A stretch of DNA of 64,000 nucleotides from Candidatus Parcubacteria bacterium (lineage in GTDB: Bacteria; Patescibacteriota; Patescibacteriia; UBA1558; GWA2-36-10), in contig JABHSK010000008.1 of assembly GCA_018669975.1 (NCBI GenBank), forward strand, positions 2,622-66,621. The letters run 5' to 3'. The notes beneath the pieces were generated by a model. That model saw nothing but the letters and a program-made list of their open reading frames with translations, made no database searches and was not told the origin of the DNA. The translations under genes were made by a program, and so were the position numbers. Shown here piece after piece: positions 51,389 to 60,921 of the stretch (its first letter is position 1; each line of letters begins with the position of its first letter).

Positions 51389-53425
51389 ATGGCCGCAACC
51401 GTACCGAAGATTCCCTATCCGGAACCTGATAAGCTCACTCTTTGGAACACCAGTGTTTCCAAGAAGGATCGTCTCAGGATTATTAATGAGGAAGATTTTC
51501 CTCGCGAGGAGATTCTCAGTAGTCTGGGTCTGGGTAAGAAATCGGAATTGGTCAAAAGTTTTGGTATCACTGATGAAGGTGAGCTTCGTGCTCGTCATGC
51601 ACTCGGTGCCATGCTCTTAGCCGACGATGATTTCATGGACTGGTCACGACAGAATCATCGTTCGTTACCCAATATTCCCGCGAACGAAGGAGCTTTTTTG
51701 GAGTTCTATGATCCCCAGTTGGAGCACAATCCCTACTGGACTGAAGTTCATCGTTTCCTGGCTTTCGTGGACAACTATCCCGATCCGCCTGTCAGGCTCA
51801 AGCAAGTAGCTGACAAGCTGCGCGAAGGCTTACCTCTCGAGGACATGGAGACCGAAATGGCTCGGCAGATTGCTGAGCGACTCAAGGTCGTCACGGTTAT
51901 CGAGGGTGTCATGCACATGAGACTGGTTGTGGATCACTATACGCCTACCAAGAAAAATGCCGAAGGCGAGAAGGTTCCCAATGGTCCGTCATTTTGGAGA
52001 CTGAAAGATATTTCTCATTCACACAGCAGGGTATTTGGCCATCGGCTCTATAGTCAAGGCCTGTCCTCTGTGCGTATGGTGGAAAATCCCGACTGGAACA
52101 AAAGCAAGTGGAATCCGGCCATCTGGCTGGGTATTGCTAAGGCTTGGCGGGGTGTCGTTAATCTGCGTAACTGGTGGCGTCGCCGTAAGGCTTATCGTCA
52201 GATGGTGATCACCGGGCAAAGCAAAGATATGGTTAAGGATGTTGGCGACGCTATCAAGCGACGCATTTCTAAGGTTCCTATGAGCGATAAGTTCAATGGA
52301 GCGCTAGTGACAGTGTCTTTTGTCTATGACAAGGATGGTCTTAGGGTTCAGATTATGGACATCAAGTCTGCCAAGCGTACCCTGGATAGTGATCAACGTC
52401 GCGAGATTTCTTCGGGCGTCGATAATTTCGAGGGCTATACTTCATTACAGAAGGAGCAGATCGAAAGGGCTCACGTCGAGCGACGTGAAGCTGCTATGGA
52501 ACTGCAACGTTGTCAGAAGTCCGACGCTCTGCGCCTACTTTTAGCAGCAGTTAATCCAAGCTTCTTCAGTAGTCTGACAACCGAGCGCTCAACGGAGATG
52601 GACAAAGAGTATCGCTGGTTCGCTATCAGTAATGAATACTACGGTCGCTGGGATGAGCTTTATCAAGCTCTGCGTCAGAATCGTGGTTTCTTTACCCGTC
52701 ACTTCAATCGACTGAGCCAGGTGGCTGAGTTGGTCAACAAGGTGGCTGATAAGGGTAGAGATCTCGGTGTCCCTGTTTGTTCACCGGAGATTGTTTCCAA
52801 TGGTCATATTGTGGTCTTTGAAAAACTCTGGCCTACACACCTGCTTTTCCGTTTGGATCGCAAGTCGGTAGTTCCGATCGAGCGTTTGCCCGAGCTCAAT
52901 GGGCAGATGATCGGTTTGACTGGCAAGCATGGTGGCGGCAAGACTGAAACTCAGATTGCGGTGGTAGCCAACATCTATCTGGCCCATTCTGGTGTACCGG
53001 TCTTCGGCAGCTACTTCAAGTCCAACGTCAAAAAGGTGTTGGGTATGGTCTTTATTGCCCAGCGTGGTGATGGCTCGACCTGCGAGATGTTGCTGGCCAA
53101 GATCCGCAAGGTCCTCGAAGGTATCAAAAAGTGCGACGGCAGAGAAGTCGTACTGGTACTGGACGAGGTCGGTTCGGCTACTCAGGAAGTGGCTGGCTTC
53201 GAACTCGGTCGTGACCTGCTGTCCACTCTGTCCGGACGAAACGTCTCTGTGCTCTTTAGCACGCAGATCACTTCGCTGGCAGAGTATGCTGACACTGAAC
53301 TGGGAGCTTTGAGTTTCCAGATGGATCGCAAGCACAGGATTAATACCGGCATCGGTGATGGCGGCATGACTGACTTGCGTCGTTCCATGGGAGTGGATAA
53401 GTTCCTGACCAAAGTCGCTAGCTAA
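51389..53425 (+). CDS. Protein with C-terminal MutS domain-V-like ABC ATPase and an unrecognised N-terminus
   Basis: LTGKHGGGKT Walker A, GST, VLVLDEVGSAT Walker B, FSTQ; visibly GC-rich; AAGGAG SD. Confidence 0.75.
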   Translation: MAATVPKIPYPEPDKLTLWNTSVSKKDRLRIINEEDFPREEILSSLGLGKKSELVKSFGITDEGELRARHALGAMLLADDDFMDWSRQNHRSLPNIPANEGAFLEFYDPQLEHNPYWTEVHRFLAFVDNYPDPPVRLKQVADKLREGLPLEDMETEMARQIAERLKVVTVIEGVMHMRLVVDHYTPTKKNAEGEKVPNGPSFWRLKDISHSHSRVFGHRLYSQGLSSVRMVENPDWNKSKWNPAIWLGIAKAWRGVVNLRNWWRRRKAYRQMVITGQSKDMVKDVGDAIKRRISKVPMSDKFNGALVTVSFVYDKDGLRVQIMDIKSAKRTLDSDQRREISSGVDNFEGYTSLQKEQIERAHVERREAAMELQRCQKSDALRLLLAAVNPSFFSSLTTERSTEMDKEYRWFAISNEYYGRWDELYQALRQNRGFFTRHFNRLSQVAELVNKVADKGRDLGVPVCSPEIVSNGHIVVFEKLWPTHLLFRLDRKSVVPIERLPELNGQMIGLTGKHGGGKTETQIAVVANIYLAHSGVPVFGSYFKSNVKKVLGMVFIAQRGDGSTCEMLLAKIRKVLEGIKKCDGREVVLVLDEVGSATQEVAGFELGRDLLSTLSGRNVSVLFSTQITSLAEYADTELGALSFQMDRKHRINTGIGDGGMTDLRRSMGVDKFLTKVAS

Positions 53426-53441
53426 TTCTCTAATCTATATT

Positions 53442-53469
53442 CCCTGTCACTTCGGTGGCAGGGCTTTTT
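53442..53469 (+). terminator. Intrinsic terminator with cUUCGg tetraloop
   Basis: CCCTGTCAC-TTCG-GTGGCAGGG-CTTTTT. Confidence 0.9.
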
Positions 53470-53502
53470 ATTTTCTTGAAAAACAGAATACCCCTTTAAT
53501 CG

Positions 53503-53531
53503 TTGACATTTCGTAAAAAATATGGTATTAT
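53503..53531 (+). promoter_or_regulatory. sigma70-type promoter
   Basis: TTGACA-17-TATTAT with TG extension. Confidence 0.75.
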
Positions 53532-53605
53532 TTCTAATCGCGTAAATTTAAGCGCAAAACCCACCACGGGGTTTCGTGGTAGCACTTTCACAAAGAGGTT
53601 GTGCA

Positions 53606-54205
53606 ATGCACGATTACACGGTTGTACTGGGTGTTGGAGCAGCTTTGTTCCACGGTGCAGCCTACGTGTTGTACAACATCCAAACTCACTTCGGAAAATC
53701 AAAACCAAATCCAGCTAGCTGGGCCATTTGGACACTGTTGTCTATTTTAAATGCCTGGTCTTTTAAGGAAGTTAGTGCGGACAATCTGTCCACTCTGCAA
53801 TTTTTTACTGGCTCGGTGGCCTGCATGATCACTTTTTTCTATACCTGGTATCGAGGTAAACTCAAAAGCCTCAAGCCTAGCGAATGGAGAATTTTAGCTC
53901 TAGCTTTGTCAGTCATCCTAGTCTGGCGAATATTTAACAGCGCTACTGGTGCTAACATGCTCGTCGTCCTAACTTTCATCATTTCATTTATTCCCACCCT
54001 TAAGGGTGTACTAGCTGATCCGTTCAAGGAGTCACCGCGTTCTTGGTGGCTATGGACTATGGCTTTTGCCCTTACCATCGGTAGTATCCTACTGCGTTGG
54101 AGGGGAGAACCTCTAGCACTGGTCATGCCGATCGTTCTGTTGATTGCTCACGGCAGTATTGCCGTACTTTCATCGCAGAAGCGTAAAGATAAATTTTCCA
54201 CTTGA
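53606..54205 (+). CDS. Multi-TM membrane protein (two internal repeats, transporter-like)
   Basis: Start ATG 53606 after GAGGT; KPNPASWAIW / ESPRSWWLW repeat motifs. Confidence 0.75.
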   Translation: MHDYTVVLGVGAALFHGAAYVLYNIQTHFGKSKPNPASWAIWTLLSILNAWSFKEVSADNLSTLQFFTGSVACMITFFYTWYRGKLKSLKPSEWRILALALSVILVWRIFNSATGANMLVVLTFIISFIPTLKGVLADPFKESPRSWWLWTMAFALTIGSILLRWRGEPLALVMPIVLLIAHGSIAVLSSQKRKDKFST

Positions 54206-54215
54206 GTTATTCGAC

Positions 54216-54263
54216 ACCGAGGCAAGTATTTCACAGCATGTGAAACAACTACCTCGGTTTTTT
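54216..54263 (+). terminator. Long terminator hairpin with inner stem
   Basis: ACCGAGG...TTTCACA-GCA-TGTGAAA...CCTCGGT-TTTTT. Confidence 0.7.
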
Positions 54264-54305
54264 AATAAATAAAAGAACAGCTCCACGGGGAGTTGTTCTT
54301 CAAGT

Positions 54306-54797
54306 CTAATTTTTACTAGTACCTATCACTATCAAAGTTTTTCCATTGTCTTCTCCAATGGTAATGGAGACACTACGGTCATCTTTCTCAGCGCCTAGCA
54401 TGACATTGTTTTCAATCACGAAAGACATGGTTGTATTCCAGCCTTCTTCTTCTAATTTGTTTTCATACTCCTCTTGTAGCTCGGTGACAGATTTAGTAGA
54501 TTCAATACTGACATTAAAGATTCCATTTTCATGACTAGAGGCAGAAGTAATTGCACCTTCGGCAATATAAATGTCATCTGGCCAATCTTCAGGTAATTCT
54601 GTTCCAGCGCCAACTTGCATCGTGCCTTCATCAGTTTTTATTTTTACAGAGTCATCGTCTAGATCCACATCTGCATTGCCACCCATGGAGTTTTCAATTT
54701 GTTTCTCCATTGATTTTTCAGTAGCCGTTTTCTTGCCACAAGCACTAAGTGTTAGTGATAGCAACAAACAAAAGCTAATAATAAAGAGTTTTTTCAT
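54306..54797 (-). CDS. Lipoprotein
   Basis: Signal peptide with LSAC lipobox; LPEDWP.D motif. Confidence 0.8.
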   Translation of the reverse strand: MKKLFIISFCLLLSLTLSACGKKTATEKSMEKQIENSMGGNADVDLDDDSVKIKTDEGTMQVGAGTELPEDWPDDIYIAEGAITSASSHENGIFNVSIESTKSVTELQEEYENKLEEEGWNTTMSFVIENNVMLGAEKDDRSVSITIGEDNGKTLIVIGTSKN

Positions 54798-54806
54798 ATG
54801 CTTTTA

Positions 54807-55454
54807 TTAATTATTGAATAAATAATTTCCTCCGGTAGCACTACAGGTGCCGGCTGCATAGGTGATTAAGTCACCAGTGATTGGATCACCACCATGAGGA
54901 TAATACCAAATAATTGTTTCGTAACTAGTACCAACAGAATTTTGGCAGCCTCCTGAGGTGGGTTGCGGACAAGGATTATCACTATATATGCCTACACCTT
55001 GGCAGTTTAAATCTTTGACACTTGGGGTTGCCCAATAAGAGCCAATATAGTCTGTGCAAACACTAGAATCGTTTATCACATTACATGAACCAATAGCATT
55101 AGACTCCTCACCACTACCTGGTCCGTTTGGTTCATCATCTTCTAGTCCAGCATAATAATCGTCTGATCCGGGTCCTTGTGGCTCTGGTTCATATGGCAGT
55201 TCTTCACCTGATCCGGGTCCAGTTGGTTCTGGTGAATAATCGAATTCACCACTGCCAGGACCATCGTAGGCGGGATCATGTTCTAGTCCAGCATTATAAT
55301 CATCTGAACCGGGATTATCGTATTCGGCAAAATCTCCACTACCTGGTCCTGTCGGTTCGTCGGGAAACCAATCATCAAGTTGAGTATAAATAATGCCACC
55401 AACAATTACTAAAGCAGCTGCTCCTCCTATGGCAATTCCCTTTAATCTATCCAT
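54807..55454 (-). CDS. Exported protein with GPGS repeats and Cys-rich C-terminal domain
   Basis: N-terminal TM; six (G/N)PGS repeats; six Cys in the C-terminus. Confidence 0.75.
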   Translation of the reverse strand: MDRLKGIAIGGAAALVIVGGIIYTQLDDWFPDEPTGPGSGDFAEYDNPGSDDYNAGLEHDPAYDGPGSGEFDYSPEPTGPGSGEELPYEPEPQGPGSDDYYAGLEDDEPNGPGSGEESNAIGSCNVINDSSVCTDYIGSYWATPSVKDLNCQGVGIYSDNPCPQPTSGGCQNSVGTSYETIIWYYPHGGDPITGDLITYAAGTCSATGGNYLFNN

Positions 55455-55543
55455 AATAGTTATTAATTTTATTATATAAGCATTATAGCACTAAAATTTT
55501 TTATGTAAAATAAAAGGAGCCGCTAAGCGACTCCAGGATAAAA

Positions 55544-56614
55544 TTAATTGGGTTGGCGATAAGCGAATTTGTATTTCAGTTCTTTTTCTACCAACTCACC
55601 CTCCCAGGGACCAACAAAGGTAGCTCCGGCCAACCAGTCTTTGCTCTCAGTGCTGTAGCTACGACTAGCTCGGTAGGCCTTTTTGCCATCTCGGCCAACA
55701 CGGTAACACAAAAAGCCTCCGTAGTTATTGAGTGCAACTACAACCCAGTCAAGCTGATCATTAAGCCACTCATCTGATCCTTTGGATTGTTTTCTTACAT
55801 TGACTCTGACATGGGCTGGTAGCGGCAGGTCTCTGATAGTTCCCTTACGGATGATATCACCTGACTTGAATGTCTTAGGCACTCTTTCTTTCTTAGGCTT
55901 TTGAGCCTGTGCCTTGGGTACGTCTGCCAAGCCTCGTTGTTCCAGTGTTTCGCAGAGAAGATTCAGGAATTCGATATCCCGTTCGACACGAGTGGCCTTG
56001 AAAGAAGCATCGTAATCGACTACTTCAAAGTCAGGGTCTGCATCCCGTATTTCTTCTTCTACATCAGCGTAGGACATAAGCACTTGGGCATAGGCCGAAC
56101 GTTTGTCGGCAAGGATTTCACAGATAGCTGTGATATTTTTTTCTTTCCAGCCATAGTCTTTGCCAAACATCCCAGCGCCATGATACTCAGCACCCTTTTG
56201 TTTGCCAACGCCTCTGAGGAAGCGGACAAAAGCTGAGCGAGCCCAAGTCTTGGGAATTTCTGTCAGTGCCCGAAGGATAGTATAGAGCTCTCGGCGGCTT
56301 TGAGGGTTGTTGTGAATATCGAGCACTTCAATTGTTTTTGGTGCATCAGAATTAACAAATGCACCGTCCAAGGAAATGAATAATTCACCACGACTGCCAA
56401 CAAAAATCAGCAGAGCATTGAGGAATTCGTTTGGCCGTGCTTGTACACGGCGAACCTTGGTAATTAGATGAGCTCCCTCGATAGCTTCTTTCTGAGCCCA
56501 ATACTCACTATGTGACATGCCGGCATCTCGTTTTTGAGCATATTCAGTGCTGGCAGCATCCAAACTCTTTTTTAATGCTACTAACTCTGTCTTAGTGAAA
56601 AGTGGTTTAGCCAT
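55544..56614 (-). CDS. Hypothetical protein (GC-richer stand-alone gene)
   Basis: 356-aa ORF, AAGGAGG SD at 56626-20, promoter TTGACA at 56720-15, terminator at 55512-34. Confidence 0.8.
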   Translation of the reverse strand: MAKPLFTKTELVALKKSLDAASTEYAQKRDAGMSHSEYWAQKEAIEGAHLITKVRRVQARPNEFLNALLIFVGSRGELFISLDGAFVNSDAPKTIEVLDIHNNPQSRRELYTILRALTEIPKTWARSAFVRFLRGVGKQKGAEYHGAGMFGKDYGWKEKNITAICEILADKRSAYAQVLMSYADVEEEIRDADPDFEVVDYDASFKATRVERDIEFLNLLCETLEQRGLADVPKAQAQKPKKERVPKTFKSGDIIRKGTIRDLPLPAHVRVNVRKQSKGSDEWLNDQLDWVVVALNNYGGFLCYRVGRDGKKAYRASRSYSTESKDWLAGATFVGPWEGELVEKELKYKFAYRQPN

Positions 56615-56763
56615 TTTGGCCTCCTTTGTTTGTGGTCTTGTTTCAAGGTGCTATATTAAAAACAATAGATATGCCATAATATTTCACCTTACCTTAGCAC
56701 TTAGCCATTTATTCTGTCAAACAAAAAACCGATCAATCTAGATCAGTTTTTATATTCAAAATT

Positions 56764-57399
56764 TTATTTAACGAGATATCGTTGAGCCTCTGCCAGTTTG
56801 TTTTTGAAGTGGGTATCTGTATTGTATAGTTTTAAGTTATATTTTTTTGCCTCCCTATTAAAAAATTTACTGAGCTCAACTATCATATGAGCAATTTTCA
56901 AGTAGGTTGTTTCATTTTTCGTTCTATTCACAAACCAATCATTTTTATCTGCAAATTTTTTACCCTTACTTACAATATCCTCGGCGTCCATTTTTGTAAA
57001 AAAGACAGCCCTTACATTGCGTGGTCCATATTTCTTGCTTAGTTTTTTAACTAGCTCAGGATGAATATGGTAGCCTTCGATAACAATACTCCTACCCTCA
57101 TATAATTCACAGTCAACAAATGTCTCAACGGCAGTCCATATTGCCCGTGACTGTTTGAGGTAAGTGGAGGTTATTTGCTTAGTGGTATATTGACTGTACA
57201 TTAAATCATTGCTGTATTTGGTTTTTCTTCTGATGACAGTTTTGGGAAATTTTTTTGTTATTTCTTTTGCTGACATACAAGATCGGACAACTCTTTCAAG
57301 GGTGTCTGTAGATAACCAACTAACATTCAATTTTTTGCTTAGTCTTTTTGCGGTAGTTGTTTTACCACAGCGTGGTGCACCACCTATTAAATAAATCAT
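56764..57399 (-). CDS. P-loop kinase (2-phosphoglycerate-kinase-like)
   Basis: IGGAPRCGKTT, STD.L, IVIEG.HI.P; likely start ATG 57399 just after TGcTATAAT. Confidence 0.8.
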   Translation of the reverse strand: MIYLIGGAPRCGKTTTAKRLSKKLNVSWLSTDTLERVVRSCMSAKEITKKFPKTVIRRKTKYSNDLMYSQYTTKQITSTYLKQSRAIWTAVETFVDCELYEGRSIVIEGYHIHPELVKKLSKKYGPRNVRAVFFTKMDAEDIVSKGKKFADKNDWFVNRTKNETTYLKIAHMIVELSKFFNREAKKYNLKLYNTDTHFKNKLAEAQRYLVK

Positions 57400-57459
57400 G
57401 CATAAATTATAGCATTTTTTTATAAACAAAAAAACCGCCAGTAGGCGGTCTTTAATATA

Positions 57460-59241
57460 TTAGGCTTTAGTACTTCTCTTTCTATCGTTTTCAGTTAAAC
57501 CTTGTTTACGTAGGCGGATACTATCTGGAGTTATTTCTAAATATTCATCTTCAGAGATTATTTCTAAACCAGTTTCAATAGTCAGTATAGCTGGTGGAGT
57601 CAAAGTAATAGCATCATCAGCACCTGAACTACGCATATTAGTCAGTTGCTTACCTTTGATTGGATTGACTGCCATATCAAAGCCTTTGGCGGTATTACCA
57701 ATGACCATGCCTTCGTAGACATCTACGCCAGGTCCAATATATAGATCACCACGTTCTTGCAGATTGAATAATGAAAAACCTAGAGCTTTACCAGTAGCCA
57801 TTGAAATCATAGAACCAACATTACGTTTTTTGATCTCACCAGTATAAGGACGATATTCAAGGAAGTGTGAGCAAAGGATTCCTTCACCACGAGTATCAAC
57901 AGTAAATTCACCACGATAGCCAAGCAGGCCTCTGGTTGGTATTTCAAACACCAAACGCATTTGGCCATTTTCAGTGTTCATAGAAGTGACAATACCTTTT
58001 CGTTTGCCAAGTTTTTCCATCACTACACCAGAACTGACTTCCGGCACATCGATAGTCACTTCTTCAAAAGGTTCAAATTTTTTGCCATCTCTTTCTTCGA
58101 TAATTACTTTTGGTTGAGATACTTGCAATTCATAACCTTCACGACGCATTTGTTCAATCAAGATAGCAGCGTGTAATTCACCACGACTATATACTTTGAA
58201 GTATTCACCAGAAAAATCAATTTTCATTCCAACATTAACTTCTAGTTCTTTTTCCAAACGTTCTTTGATTTGTTTGCTGGTCACATATTTACCTTCACGA
58301 CCAGCTAGAGGAGAGTTGTTTACCAAAAAATCTAGAGAGATAGTTGGTTCATCTACAGTGATAGCAGGTAGAGCTTCTTGCTCGGTGTTTAGACATAGAG
58401 TTTCACCAATATCAATACCAGGAAAACCAGCGATCATCACAATATCACCAGCCACAGCTTCTTCGGTTTCTTTTCTTTCCAAACCATGAAAGGTAAACAG
58501 CTTGCTGACACGACCAGTTTCATTTGTGCCATCCATTTTCTTTAGAGTCAAATTAGAACCAGTTTTTAGACTACCTTCATAGATACGGCCAATAGCCATA
58601 CGTCCCAAGAAATTGTCATAGGCTAGATTGAAAACCTGACAACGTAGATCAGTTTTTAAGTCTGATTTAGCAGCTGGTACTTTTTCCAAGACCACATCCA
58701 ACAGAGGCATGATATCTTTATCTTCATCAGTTAGATAGCGTTTGGCAGTACCATTTTTGGCAATAGCATAGACAGTAGTAAAATCTAATTGTTCATCAGT
58801 AGCACCCAGGTCCATAAACAATTCAAAAACTTGTTCATGAGCTAGATTAGGATTAGCAGCTGGTTTATCGATTTTGTTTAGTATAACAATTGGCTTCAAA
58901 CCCAATTCCAAAGATTTCTTTAAAACAAATCTAGTTTGAGGCATTGGACCTTCTTGAGCATCAACTACCAAGAGCACAGAGTCGATTGAACGGAGTACTC
59001 GTTCTACTTCTGAACCAAAATCAGCATGACCAGGAGTATCAACAATATTGATCTTTGTGTCTTTATAGAAGACAGAGGCGTTTTTTGAGTATATCGTAAT
59101 TCCACGCTCTTTTTCGAGTGTGTTTGAGTCCATACTGACACTTTCGTCTGATAGGGCACCTGTTTGCTTGAGGATAGCATCCGTCAAAGCAGTCTTGCCG
59201 TGATCAACGTGTGCGATAATTGCAATATTTCTTATTTCCAT
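57460..59241 (-). CDS. typA: Translational GTPase TypA/BipA
   Basis: IRNIAIIAHVDHGKT, DTPGHADF, NKID, GREGKYVTS, KQLTNMRSSG; start ATG 59241. Confidence 0.97.
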   Translation of the reverse strand: MEIRNIAIIAHVDHGKTALTDAILKQTGALSDESVSMDSNTLEKERGITIYSKNASVFYKDTKINIVDTPGHADFGSEVERVLRSIDSVLLVVDAQEGPMPQTRFVLKKSLELGLKPIVILNKIDKPAANPNLAHEQVFELFMDLGATDEQLDFTTVYAIAKNGTAKRYLTDEDKDIMPLLDVVLEKVPAAKSDLKTDLRCQVFNLAYDNFLGRMAIGRIYEGSLKTGSNLTLKKMDGTNETGRVSKLFTFHGLERKETEEAVAGDIVMIAGFPGIDIGETLCLNTEQEALPAITVDEPTISLDFLVNNSPLAGREGKYVTSKQIKERLEKELEVNVGMKIDFSGEYFKVYSRGELHAAILIEQMRREGYELQVSQPKVIIEERDGKKFEPFEEVTIDVPEVSSGVVMEKLGKRKGIVTSMNTENGQMRLVFEIPTRGLLGYRGEFTVDTRGEGILCSHFLEYRPYTGEIKKRNVGSMISMATGKALGFSLFNLQERGDLYIGPGVDVYEGMVIGNTAKGFDMAVNPIKGKQLTNMRSSGADDAITLTPPAILTIETGLEIISEDEYLEITPDSIRLRKQGLTENDRKRSTKA

Positions 59242-59354
59242 AGCCGCAAGGATAACAGGAATAGGGTTAAATGTCAAGTATTTTGGGTAAATAAGGCACT
59301 AAAAGTGGTATAAAGAAATTGGCTAAAACAACAGCTTTTTGATATGATTTAGAT

Positions 59355-59972
59355 ATGAAAAATATACTTTTAGCCTCAAACTCAGATGCTATCTTTGACC
59401 TAGACTATACTATAGTCGGCAAAGCTAAAGACAAGGTCAAATGGGCCTATATTACTACTGCTGGAGATGATGTGCCTAGCAGGGATTATTTAGAAAGGAC
59501 CGAGGCTCGACTAAAAGAGTTGGCTTGGGACTATGAAGAAATGGATATCACTGGTAAAACAGGGGACGAGGTATATAATATGTTAAAGGGTAAAGACGCT
59601 ATTTTTATGCAAGGCGGTAATACTTTTTATTTACTAAAACAAGCCCTGGCTTGTAATTTTTCAAAAGTGCTTAAAAGATTACTATCTGAAGGCAAGTTTT
59701 ATGCTGGCACTAGTGCTGGTAGTTATCTACTTTGTCCAAATATAGATATGATGGATTGGACGGAAGATACAAAGTTTAATAGACATGGAGTAAGTGATTT
59801 AACTGCTTTAGGTATTGTGCCTTTGCAAGTAGTTTGCCACATGAATAGAAAAGAAGATATTTATGATAAAATAAAAAAACAAGCAGACAAATCTCCTTAT
59901 GACGTAGAACTTTTAAATGATGGTCAGGCAATCTTGGTAGAAGATGATAAGGTGACTTTGTTGGAAACATAA
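59355..59972 (+). CDS. Peptidase E (S51) family
   Basis: ITTA, GGNTFYL, GTSAGS, CH. Confidence 0.88.
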   Translation: MKNILLASNSDAIFDLDYTIVGKAKDKVKWAYITTAGDDVPSRDYLERTEARLKELAWDYEEMDITGKTGDEVYNMLKGKDAIFMQGGNTFYLLKQALACNFSKVLKRLLSEGKFYAGTSAGSYLLCPNIDMMDWTEDTKFNRHGVSDLTALGIVPLQVVCHMNRKEDIYDKIKKQADKSPYDVELLNDGQAILVEDDKVTLLET

Positions 59973-60017
59973 AAAATAAATAAAGCATTTGCAGCATATA
60001 AAATTTAAATTAAAAAT

Positions 60018-60917
60018 ATGAAAAAAATCGTTACACTTGGAGCCAAACTAAACGACGACTACAAACAAAGATTGGAAGCAGTAGGAGAACTGGAAGTATT
60101 AGAATCCCCAACATCTGTTGAAGATTTTCTACAAAAAGCAGAGGGCGCTGATGTACTCTATAGCAACGGAGCATTTTTGCTAGACAGTCTTCCCAAACTA
60201 AAAAATGTTTTTATTACCTATCCCTATGTTGAGTTAGGTGTTTTTGATAGCGATGAGCTAACCAAGAATGGAGTGACTATTGCCAACTCTCAAGGTGGAA
60301 ACAGGGATTCAATTGCTGAGTGGGTAATGTTTATGGTCTTGTCTTTGTTTAGAAACTTTGCTCCCATGGTCAGAGCCACTGAAAATTTTCCAGTTGAACT
60401 CCAGCAAAGTCTAGTTGCCAAAAAAGTCCTTATCGTCGGTCACGGTAGTATTGGTAGTCAGATTGGAGTATTGTGTCAGGCATTTGGTATGGACGTAAAC
60501 TTTTTTGACAGAGGAGATGATCTAGCAGTTAGCTCCAAAGAAGTTGACTTAGTTATCAATTCTCTAAATTGTAATTCCAGTAGTAAAAATCTTTTGGATG
60601 AAACATTTTTTATGAATCTGAAACCAGGAGCCTACTATCTGACTTTTTCTAGACCATATACCTATGATATTGATGGTTTGATTAAGTCTATTGAAGCAGG
60701 AGTAGTTGGCGGTGCAGCCATTGACTGTGATCCAGAAAAGTTTGGTGATACCACCAATGATTTTTATCAAAAAGCTTTGAGTAATGACAAGATACTGGTG
60801 ACGCCTCACATTGCTTTTTCAACCACTCAGGCTGTGGCTCAGGGAGGCGAGATTGCCATCGGGAATATAGAAGCATTTTTGGCAGGTAAACCAAGGAATA
60901 TATTAAAGAAAAAATAA
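60018..60917 (+). CDS. D-isomer-specific 2-hydroxyacid dehydrogenase family
   Basis: IVGHGSIG Rossmann motif, SR, TPHIAF. Confidence 0.88.
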   Translation: MKKIVTLGAKLNDDYKQRLEAVGELEVLESPTSVEDFLQKAEGADVLYSNGAFLLDSLPKLKNVFITYPYVELGVFDSDELTKNGVTIANSQGGNRDSIAEWVMFMVLSLFRNFAPMVRATENFPVELQQSLVAKKVLIVGHGSIGSQIGVLCQAFGMDVNFFDRGDDLAVSSKEVDLVINSLNCNSSSKNLLDETFFMNLKPGAYYLTFSRPYTYDIDGLIKSIEAGVVGGAAIDCDPEKFGDTTNDFYQKALSNDKILVTPHIAFSTTQAVAQGGEIAIGNIEAFLAGKPRNILKKK

Positions 60918-60921
60918 AATT

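Noticed and set aside
51627-53412. Several overlapping alternative-frame ORFs within the MutS-like gene
   Set aside because: Expected from higher GC (fewer stops); no RBS or recognisable motifs.
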